DNA of 46,676 bases from positions 1 through 46,676 of IMG/VR virus record IMGVR_UViG_3300024348_000013; one strand, 5' to 3'. This DNA comes from a virus. Its lineage: Duplodnaviria > Heunggongvirae > Uroviricota > Caudoviricetes. The translations under genes were made by a program, and so were the position numbers. The notes under the pieces are model-generated. The model was given only the letters and a program-made list of their open reading frames with translations. It was not told where the DNA came from and made no database searches. Positions 37,464-45,581 of this stretch are shown here, piece by piece; positions within the stretch are counted from its first letter, which is position 1, and each line of letters starts with the position of its first letter.

Positions 37464-38097
37464 TGTATAACTTATTTAAATCATCAATAGATTGTATTTG
37501 TGTACATATTGTGTATTGATTGTTCATTAATTGGACTCTATGTTTTTCAGCTGGTAACCAATTTTCATTAATACCATATTTTTTATAATAGTGTTTAATA
37601 TTAAATCTATATCCATTATTATTAAATTTTATAACATCAATTGCGGGATATAAGCCTGTATAACATATATTTGCATTAACCATATATTCCATATAATTTT
37701 TATTTTTAGTATGAAACTCTTTATCAAAATCATATGCACATACATCTAATAATATTTGAAATTTATTGTAAGATATATCTAATTGTTTTTGAAGTAATGG
37801 TTCTAATAAATCTAATTGCTCTTCTAAAAATGGATAATCAATATGTATTCGCATATCCACATCATATGCAGTTTCTCTTTTATTAGAATTAAAACTACCA
37901 TATATTTCTACATGAAACATATTGAATAAATCACTATTATTAATTAGTGAATATTTCAACATTTCTTTTACAATATCTTCAGTTGGTTTTATACAATTTT
38001 TTGTAATAATTACATCAAACATATTAACCTCAAAGAAATCATATTCTTTGAAAATATCAAAATTGCCAACTTTATGCATTTGAATAAGGATTTTCAC
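37441..38097 (-). CDS. Hypothetical protein with a Pol-beta-type nucleotidyltransferase motif
   Basis: IYGSF...AYDVDM (GS...DxD) and a later LDV. Confidence 0.45.
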   Translation of the reverse strand: MKILIQMHKVGNFDIFKEYDFFEVNMFDVIITKNCIKPTEDIVKEMLKYSLINNSDLFNMFHVEIYGSFNSNKRETAYDVDMRIHIDYPFLEEQLDLLEPLLQKQLDISYNKFQILLDVCAYDFDKEFHTKNKNYMEYMVNANICYTGLYPAIDVIKFNNNGYRFNIKHYYKKYGINENWLPAEKHRVQLMNNQYTICTQIQSIDDLNKLYNESNIQP

Positions 38098-38335
38098 CTA
38101 AAACCTCAGGCCAAATGTTTCGTAAATCATCTGGAGTTTGTATAGATGATAAATCTGTCAAAGTTATATCTCTTAACGATTGTTTTTCAATTTTAATACT
38201 TTCCATTAACTCTGTATTATTTTGTTCTAATGCTCTCATAAATTGAGTATCTAACTTTTCTAATAATGGAGTTCTTGCTATTCGATATTTGTTTAACCAA
38301 ATTTCTTTTGCTTTTTCTAAATTAAGTGTGAACAT
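38072..38335 (-). CDS. Tail fibre assembly chaperone-like protein
   Basis: YRIARTPLLEKLD...KQSLRDIT...IWP resembles Tfa/gp38-type chaperones; adjacent to the tail fibre. Confidence 0.7.
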   Translation of the reverse strand: MFTLNLEKAKEIWLNKYRIARTPLLEKLDTQFMRALEQNNTELMESIKIEKQSLRDITLTDLSSIQTPDDLRNIWPEVLGENPYSNA

Positions 38336-38339
38336 AAAT

Positions 38340-38636
38340 TTAAATTATCATTTCTGTTATATTATTTAATACTTTAGCTACTATTTCTTCTCTTTCTTCA
38401 TCATTACTTCCAATTCCATCATATGAATTTTCAAAATCATATTCCCATGTTTCCTGAAACATATCGGTGGTTGGTAAATCCAATTCTTTTAATAGTTTAT
38501 ATTTAACTCCTTCGGGAGTTATACACTTAGCCGTTTCATCCATTGTAAATCTTTCATCTGCTCTCCAAAATACCGAAATTACATTGGTATTTGGGTCTTT
38601 ATAAATTATTACATCATTGTTTATTAATTCTTCCAT
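38340..38636 (-). CDS. Tail-fibre-associated small protein
   Basis: IIYK...ITPEGVKYKLL...LP...WEYDF pattern; immediately after the fibre gene. Confidence 0.55.
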   Translation of the reverse strand: MEELINNDVIIYKDPNTNVISVFWRADERFTMDETAKCITPEGVKYKLLKELDLPTTDMFQETWEYDFENSYDGIGSNDEEREEIVAKVLNNITEMII

Positions 38637-38646
38637 ATTTTTAATT

Positions 38647-41600
38647 TTAAGCGAATACTACTACATTTAATAAATTAACATTTTCAAGTGTATTTTTATC
38701 ATTATCATATGTATACACCATAACAGAACTACCGCCTCCCCAAATTGGGTTACATGCTATATCAACTTGATATTCTCCGGTACTTGCTCCCGCACCACTA
38801 TATCTTCTTAATCCACTTGCGAAAATTGCGCCCATTGTATCATAATCTCCATATCCACCAATATTACCTTTTGGTAATGAAGATGTAAATGCTATATTAT
38901 TAAATCCTATATTATTTCTACCAACTGCAAGAACATTCCCACTAGCTTTAATAGTAGCTGATAAATAATTATTTATTCTATTTGCAAAAGTAGCTACTAC
39001 CCAAGCTCTTGCAACATATCCAGGCCTTCCATCAACTTTATCCCATTTAATTCCTCCTTCAATATTAACTGCATCGGTTGTTGAGTTTGACATTCTTAAA
39101 TATTTACCGGCATTTACTGCTGATAAAAATCCACCACTATTGATAGTAACAGTGGCCACTTGAACTGCAATATTTACAGTAACAGCTGAAAAATTAATTG
39201 CAACATAACTAGCATCAGGGGCTCCCGCAGTTCCCTCCACAGGAGTATCATATTCAAAATAAAGTTCTGCTCTATACGAATGACCATTAGTTAATGTTAC
39301 CTCAATTGATGCATTTGCATTTGCTAATAATGAATACCCCTGATAAACACCGCCACCCGATACACTACCAATACTATATGAATTATCTCCACCCTGTGCT
39401 GCTGCCGTACCTATTAATATAGGAGTACCTACAATGGTATTCGTTGTTGTATTTCTAATTCTATAATATGCATTTAATGTTGATGTTTCAGTACCTCCAT
39501 ATTCTGCTGCAGCCGATGTATTTGTAAATTGAATTGCAAAGGTACAAAGAACAGAATTTGTTGCAGGAAATGTATTAGAATTATATTGTTGCGAACCAAC
39601 TCCCTGAAATGTACCTGAACTTGCTCCTATTGAAAGAATACCATCACCGATTACATTTGGGGTTGGTAGTGTACTATCTGTATTTAGATTAAAACGAACT
39701 AACCCATCAACAGACATTTTAATAGTATTTGCACCACCATCTAATATAATTGCATTTGAATTTGATTTTAGTTGAGTACCATCGATAGTCCATCCACCAA
39801 ATACACCACCCGTCGCAGTTACTTCACCTCTAAATTTAGCCGCACCTGCGGAAGTTATTAAAAAGTTTTTAGCAGTTATAGAACCATTTGTTAAATCAAT
39901 CTGCATGCCGGCATCTGCGTATTCTTCACCGGCATCTGGCCCGTCCCAGTTATTAGATTCTATATTTCCGGTTCTAACCTTAGCTCCACTAATTGTTGTT
40001 ACGCCTGTCCCTCCAATATTATTTGTAACATCTGCGGGTGATACTTTAGTAGCTAATCCATTAGTTAGTGCAGTAGATGTTGATAGAGCCGATGCTAAAT
40101 TTGCACCAATACTAACATCACCACCAATTGATAAAGCGTTACCATCCCAAGTTATACCTTTTGTAGATGCATTACCAATTGAAAATTTATAGTCAGTACC
40201 ACTATATCCTAAAAAGAATCCTGTTCCTGTATTAAAATCAGTTTGTCCACCCTTAATATTTCCGCCACCACTTAAAGTTATACCACCTCCGGTAATTGTA
40301 GTTCCAGCTATAAGTCCAGTTTGTGCTTGGTTTTGTGGACTTAAATTTGATACGTTTCCTAATCCAATAGTACTTGCGGTATTATTTGAATTTAATGTAT
40401 TTGCAGCATTTAAAGCAGTTCCACCAACTTGAACAGTTCCACTAAAAGTACCACTTGCTCCCGTAATATCTCCTTTAAATGATGCAGCTCCGGTTGATGA
40501 TATTTTAAATTCTTTTGCAGAAATCCACCCAGCTCCGATTGTTATATCACCTGCGGCTGATGTAAATGTATCATCAGCTCCCAATGTTCCTTTGTGTATT
40601 GCAGTTGATGTGATAGTCCAACCACCTACACTTCCTGCGGTTTTTGCCGAATTATTTTGTTGAGCAGTTGCTCCACTAGCTGCACCAGTTTGAACAGTTG
40701 TTGCGGCTACTCCATTAATTAAAGCGGATGCTCCAATTTTTACTGCTCCAGCTATATTTACATCCGTTCCATCAAAATAAATATATCCGGCGGATGGGTC
40801 TCCAAATCTAACATTTCCATTTACGTCTAAATAAAATCCTTTACCTACGGTTAATGATGTTGCGTTTGCTGAACGAATAAATCCACTAAATGAACTCAAT
40901 GTTCCCATCACTAATCCACGTGTTATTGTTGCATCTTGTGCCAATAATACATCGGTGGCTACTGAACTAAATTGAGCTCCAAATGATGTCCAATTTGAAC
41001 CAACTCCAGGTTGTCCCGTCGTTGCATTTCCTGTTACGGATGTGTGTGTTACATTTGTTAAATAATATGCACCTAAATAAGATACAACATCAACTCTTGT
41101 AGAAGTTTTATAATAAATTGTGCTATTAGCCCATTCTCCTCTATAAACTACACCAGGCCCTGCTCCTCCATCTGCTCCATTACCTCCTTGAACTGCTACT
41201 CCAACACTAAAGTTTATTGTTTTACCAGTTACCGTTGTTCCTTCTGAATTTGTATATGATAATGTTATAACACCCGATACTCCAGCCGAAGTAGTTGGTG
41301 TGTTTGGTGTAATTGTTCCGCTTGAATTTGTACCATTTGTAACATTTGTAATTGTAAATGTGCTATTACCACTTCCGTATGTATAAGATGTACCGCCTTC
41401 ATTTACTGAAACAGCTATTGTGGATGGTGCCGTATAAACTCCCGCCGCTGTTGCTGGAACAGTTTGTGATTGTGGGTTTGCCGATATTACAACTACGGGT
41501 GAAGCTTTTTTAGCTTTTGAAATCGTTGCTATTGCCGTTTTACTTCCCGTATTTCCTTCACTATCGGTATAATTTATAGTTACCGTAATAGTTGCCGTAT

Positions 41601-44583
41601 CAGCTGATACACTACTTAAAGGAATGGTTGCAAAATTAAATGGAGATGAACCATTATATGTTATTGTACCGATTGTAACTCCAACGCCAACTGCTGAAAC
41701 GGATGTTAGTCGGGTCGTACCACCTTCTAATGCTTTTACCGTCAAAGATGTTGGTGTTGCCGGACTTGAACCATCAGAATTAGCAGTAACAGTTTGTGCA
41801 GCTGGACTTATTTGCCCTTCCACATTCGGTGTTGCTTTTTTAACTTTAGATAAACTTAATGTATCGGTTAAAGTTCTACTAACTCCTTCCGAATCCGTAA
41901 CTACTGCCGAAATTGCTATCGTTGTTGCGTTTGTGGAATTACCTAAAGTTCTACCATTTAAAGTAACAACTCCCGTTGTATAATCCGTTACAATAGATGA
42001 AATATCCGAAGATGTTGCGGTTAAAGATGTTATAGTTAAAGTTGTTGTAGCACCATTATATGTTTCTTTTACACTAATAGTTACATTTGAAAAACTATCT
42101 ACTTGCTCACCTGTTGATTTTGCAGAAACACTTTGGTCTTTAGGAGTTGCTTCCAATCTTAAAACGGGTGCTGCTTTTTTATTTTTTGTATAAGTTACTG
42201 TCTTTACAATATCGGTTGTATCACCGGCTCCATCTTTATAATTAATTGTAATATCCAATGAACCCGAATCTGCTGTGAGATTTGTAATACCATATGTGTT
42301 TGTAGTTGGATTTGAATTATTGCCAGTATTAGGCGTACACCCTGTACCACTTATATTTGTTATTGCAAATGTATTATTTGCTCTAACACTATCATTATCA
42401 TCATCAAATGAAATACTTTCATTTCCTACTTTAACAGCCACCGAACCACTTGTTAATACGAATGAACCACTTGCTACAAATCCATTAGAAAGCGCAGGAA
42501 GTGATGCATTATCGTTTGTAAGAGTCGCTGATAATCCATCTAATATTTTTACAGGAGTTATTTTGATTGCATCTGAAAATTCATTACCAAATTGGTCTGA
42601 ACCGGAAATGTAATAAATACTTTCACCCGTTGTAAATAGAAATGATGAACCTGCTAATGTGTAAGTATCTACCCCATTTGTTGCATTTGTAGATACCAAT
42701 GTTAATGGTGGTTTTCCACTTCCAGAATTTACAGTCAATGGAGTGGTAGCAGATGCTAAGTTTTTACGTTTAGCCTCTAATGTTATAATTTGCCCCGATG
42801 GATTTATTGACAAATCGGTTGCTTTGTAAATAAATTGATTTGTATTTGCGGTTACAAATACACCCGGAGCATTATCACCATCTTCAAAACGATATATTGT
42901 TTCAAATTCAGTAAACCCTTCACAAGATGCAGTATATACAATTGAACCAACCAACACACTACTAACACTTCCACTAAAACTAGCTATATTTAAAAGTGCT
43001 CCATTATCATTTTGAGATGTAAACCAACCCGGATAAGTTCCTGCATAAGAAGTTGGTTCAATATAAGTACCACCAACATCAAATGCAGATGATGCATATG
43101 TTACTGAACCTGTAAAATTTGTTTTTATTGTTTTAAATCTTACTGATTGATTTGGCGGATTTGCAAATGAGCCTGTACTAAAACGAAATGCTGTTCTATC
43201 TGATTCAAATGTTAATAATTTTGTAATAGTATTTGAACCACCTGTAAAGTTTGCACTTTGTGTTACAGCAACCGGTACATAGTTATTATTTATATCATAA
43301 AATTCAAATTTAAAATTATAATCTTGATTACCAACAACCATCGGCATAGATGTTATAAATGAAACACTATCCGGTGAAAATGCAGTATCTTGTGATAATT
43401 TTAAACTAACATTCCCAACATGCCATTCATATGCGCCCGATGGAAATTCTAAATATAAACTAGCACTTGGTTCTGTTTTGGTTAATGAGAATGGAATTAC
43501 TTGGTCTTTTAAATTTTTTGTTGGGGAAGTACCATTCAATGTACCAATTAATACTTCACCATTATTAGAACCACTAATATAAATGTTTAAATCTTTATTA
43601 TCAATAGATGCTGAATAAAATGCATCTAATCCAAATTCATAAACACTTTTCGCAGATAAATTTAATGATGACGAATAATAAAAATATGTAGGTGTATTTT
43701 GTAATGGTTTTATTTTAATACCATTATCAATTCGTGTGGAATTTAATGATATTTGAATATTTTCTGGTTGATATTCCCATACTTTTTCTAAAACTTCCGA
43801 TGTGAATAATCCGGCATTACCAACTACACTACCACTTAGATTATAAGATGTCAATTCTTCTTTTGATTCAACTAATATATCTTGAACCATATCATAATCA
43901 GAAATATCACCCAATGATGTTCTAAATACTTTTATACGCTTTACATCTCCAGCAAACGTTTCCATTTGAGATAATTTAATATCTGCAAATGATTGATTAA
44001 TTCCCGTATTTGTTTTATTGCCTGTGGATGAATCTATCGTATATATTGGTGATACCAATTCTTTAATAGCTGCAGTAGGTCTTTTGTAAAAACGAATCTT
44101 AGTTGTATTTGCTAAAGATGGGTTTACATTGATTTGCTTTTGCCATTTTACATTATATTGTCCTTGCCAATTTAATGGAACGGGTGAACGTAATCCATTA
44201 TTATCATATTCCGAAAGTTCTCCTAATATTGTAAGAGTACATGGCCCGTATGCTGTTTCCGGATATATGTAAACTGCTACTACTTTTGAAACACCTTCAT
44301 AATATTCACTTATAAATTCCTCACCACTTAAAGAAGATGATATAATACCTTCACCTGGTTCGTGATAAATTATATTACCAGATGCATCTTTTAATTCAAT
44401 TTTAATTAAAGTATCTGCTACTAAGTATTCTGAACCTTGTATAAGAAATGCGTTTTTACCACCTGTAAATGTATCAGGTAATTCCGTTACTTTAAAATAT
44501 TTGCTATTGGTATCAGTATCTTGTACAAACGTATTGTATCTATCTAAATTTTCACCGAATAATGTTTTTTGTATGACAGCCAT
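38647..44583 (-). CDS. Large tail fibre / receptor-binding protein (~1980 aa; ATG at 44583 preferred)
   Basis: Ser/Thr/Gly-rich beta sequence with Ig-like repeats, a short GXY run, a YRGEW...DVV.Y.G carbohydrate-binding-like module, GQTDFNTGTGFFLG and a tail-fibre-type C-terminus followed by chaperones. Confidence 0.8.
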   Translation of the reverse strand: MAVIQKTLFGENLDRYNTFVQDTDTNSKYFKVTELPDTFTGGKNAFLIQGSEYLVADTLIKIELKDASGNIIYHEPGEGIISSSLSGEEFISEYYEGVSKVVAVYIYPETAYGPCTLTILGELSEYDNNGLRSPVPLNWQGQYNVKWQKQINVNPSLANTTKIRFYKRPTAAIKELVSPIYTIDSSTGNKTNTGINQSFADIKLSQMETFAGDVKRIKVFRTSLGDISDYDMVQDILVESKEELTSYNLSGSVVGNAGLFTSEVLEKVWEYQPENIQISLNSTRIDNGIKIKPLQNTPTYFYYSSSLNLSAKSVYEFGLDAFYSASIDNKDLNIYISGSNNGEVLIGTLNGTSPTKNLKDQVIPFSLTKTEPSASLYLEFPSGAYEWHVGNVSLKLSQDTAFSPDSVSFITSMPMVVGNQDYNFKFEFYDINNNYVPVAVTQSANFTGGSNTITKLLTFESDRTAFRFSTGSFANPPNQSVRFKTIKTNFTGSVTYASSAFDVGGTYIEPTSYAGTYPGWFTSQNDNGALLNIASFSGSVSSVLVGSIVYTASCEGFTEFETIYRFEDGDNAPGVFVTANTNQFIYKATDLSINPSGQIITLEAKRKNLASATTPLTVNSGSGKPPLTLVSTNATNGVDTYTLAGSSFLFTTGESIYYISGSDQFGNEFSDAIKITPVKILDGLSATLTNDNASLPALSNGFVASGSFVLTSGSVAVKVGNESISFDDDNDSVRANNTFAITNISGTGCTPNTGNNSNPTTNTYGITNLTADSGSLDITINYKDGAGDTTDIVKTVTYTKNKKAAPVLRLEATPKDQSVSAKSTGEQVDSFSNVTISVKETYNGATTTLTITSLTATSSDISSIVTDYTTGVVTLNGRTLGNSTNATTIAISAVVTDSEGVSRTLTDTLSLSKVKKATPNVEGQISPAAQTVTANSDGSSPATPTSLTVKALEGGTTRLTSVSAVGVGVTIGTITYNGSSPFNFATIPLSSVSADTATITVTINYTDSEGNTGSKTAIATISKAKKASPVVVISANPQSQTVPATAAGVYTAPSTIAVSVNEGGTSYTYGSGNSTFTITNVTNGTNSSGTITPNTPTTSAGVSGVITLSYTNSEGTTVTGKTINFSVGVAVQGGNGADGGAGPGVVYRGEWANSTIYYKTSTRVDVVSYLGAYYLTNVTHTSVTGNATTGQPGVGSNWTSFGAQFSSVATDVLLAQDATITRGLVMGTLSSFSGFIRSANATSLTVGKGFYLDVNGNVRFGDPSAGYIYFDGTDVNIAGAVKIGASALINGVAATTVQTGAASGATAQQNNSAKTAGSVGGWTITSTAIHKGTLGADDTFTSAAGDITIGAGWISAKEFKISSTGAASFKGDITGASGTFSGTVQVGGTALNAANTLNSNNTASTIGLGNVSNLSPQNQAQTGLIAGTTITGGGITLSGGGNIKGGQTDFNTGTGFFLGYSGTDYKFSIGNASTKGITWDGNALSIGGDVSIGANLASALSTSTALTNGLATKVSPADVTNNIGGTGVTTISGAKVRTGNIESNNWDGPDAGEEYADAGMQIDLTNGSITAKNFLITSAGAAKFRGEVTATGGVFGGWTIDGTQLKSNSNAIILDGGANTIKMSVDGLVRFNLNTDSTLPTPNVIGDGILSIGASSGTFQGVGSQQYNSNTFPATNSVLCTFAIQFTNTSAAAEYGGTETSTLNAYYRIRNTTTNTIVGTPILIGTAAAQGGDNSYSIGSVSGGGVYQGYSLLANANASIEVTLTNGHSYRAELYFEYDTPVEGTAGAPDASYVAINFSAVTVNIAVQVATVTINSGGFLSAVNAGKYLRMSNSTTDAVNIEGGIKWDKVDGRPGYVARAWVVATFANRINNYLSATIKASGNVLAVGRNNIGFNNIAFTSSLPKGNIGGYGDYDTMGAIFASGLRRYSGAGASTGEYQVDIACNPIWGGGSSVMVYTYDNDKNTLENVNLLNVVVFA
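41500..42500 (-). repeat. About three ~110-aa Ig-like repeats in the tail fibre
   Basis: Repeats end in TYTKNKKAAP, SLSKVKKATP and TISKAKKASP at ~330-340-nt spacing. Confidence 0.6.
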
Positions 44584-44597
44584 TGAAATATCTTTAT

Positions 44598-44636
44598 TAT
44601 AAATATTCACAAAAAAATATTTATCTCATATTTATA
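44598..44636. promoter_or_regulatory. Divergent pair of ATATTTATA motifs
   Basis: Minus-strand copy at 44598-44606 faces the tail fibre; plus-strand copy at 44628-44636 faces the RHH gene. Confidence 0.6.
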
Positions 44637-44640
44637 TAAA

Positions 44641-44670
44641 GAAAACTAATAAAAACTAAAGAAAACTAAA
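44641..44670 (+). repeat. Three tandem 10-bp repeats RAAAACTAAW (operator-like)
   Basis: GAAAACTAAT AAAAACTAAA GAAAACTAAA, between the promoter-like motif and the ATG. Confidence 0.7.
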
Positions 44671-44674
44671 TGTT

Positions 44675-44854
44675 ATGAAATATTCAATGTTACAAATAAA
44701 AAAAGAAACCCATGAACTTCTCAAAAATTATTGTGAAGAACACGGGTTTAAAATGGGAAGTTTAGTAGAGAATTTGATTAAAAAACACGTTGGTGTTCAA
44801 AAACCTCAAGCGAGTGTGTTGAAAGCTGATAAGGTTAGGAATCAATCTTACTAA
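44675..44854 (+). CDS. Ribbon-helix-helix DNA-binding protein (59 aa; missing from the ORF track)
   Basis: MKYSMLQIKKETHELLKNYCEEHGFKMGSLVENLIKKHVGVQKPQASVLKADKVRNQSY: a beta-strand, helix A, a G-turn and helix B, as in CopG/Arc. Confidence 0.75.
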   Translation: MKYSMLQIKKETHELLKNYCEEHGFKMGSLVENLIKKHVGVQKPQASVLKADKVRNQSY

Positions 44855-44859
44855 ACATC

Positions 44860-45570
44860 TTATTTATACGAATTAAAACATACAATATTGTATTTTGTAT
44901 CTTTTAATACTTTTTCTACTTCGTGGAATAAATTTACATCCGAATCTAATACAGCAAAGTTGGGAAATGTTGGAGTTATAGGGATAGGTTGATTATTTTT
45001 ATCATATATTATAAGTCTACCACCATTTTCTATATCCCATTCATTATTTAAGAAATATAAAAAAACACATATTCTTTTTTCAGATTTACCATCATCGTGT
45101 AATTTTATTTCACATCCTTCATCATAAAATTGTAATCTAAAATTGTTTTCAAAATCAGTATAATTTTTTTCAGAATAATATTTTTCTACAAAGTTTTTTT
45201 GAAATTTTGATAAAATACCATTATTAATTTTATTAGTTATTTCTGAATTTAGATTTGTACCAAATACCCAAGTTGGTAATATACCATCTTCTTGCATTTT
45301 TTTAACTTGATAACGATGTGCAAGTGCAAACATTTTATCTGCTGTATTTAAATCTTTATCTCTAAGTAAGTAGTTATCATACTCAAGTTGTTCAATATAT
45401 GAAAGTTCATCATATTTAAACCAATAATCATATCTGGAATATCTTTTTATATCATTGGAATCTATAAAACTTTTAATTTCTTTAAAATCTTCAAAAGAAA
45501 ATAAATCAGTATAATTTTCTAAAGTATCATACAAATATCCTTGCTCTCTAAATGTTGCTATATCTATCAT
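44860..45570 (-). CDS. 2OG-Fe(II) oxygenase (prolyl-4-hydroxylase-like)
   Basis: QFY...LHDDG (HxD), FLYFLN..W....GGRL and LFHEV (distal His). Confidence 0.9.
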   Translation of the reverse strand: MIDIATFREQGYLYDTLENYTDLFSFEDFKEIKSFIDSNDIKRYSRYDYWFKYDELSYIEQLEYDNYLLRDKDLNTADKMFALAHRYQVKKMQEDGILPTWVFGTNLNSEITNKINNGILSKFQKNFVEKYYSEKNYTDFENNFRLQFYDEGCEIKLHDDGKSEKRICVFLYFLNNEWDIENGGRLIIYDKNNQPIPITPTFPNFAVLDSDVNLFHEVEKVLKDTKYNIVCFNSYK

Positions 45571-45581
45571 ATAAATAAATA

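Noticed and set aside
18020-38097. DNA hypermodification as the main role of the glycan locus
   Set aside because: Down-weighted, not excluded: no base-hydroxymethylase, kinase or T4-type DNA glucosyltransferase is recognisable here, and the locus is coupled to tail genes.
41150-41195. Collagen-like domain in the tail fibre
   Set aside because: There are only about four GXY triplets, too few for a triple helix; it is more likely a hinge.
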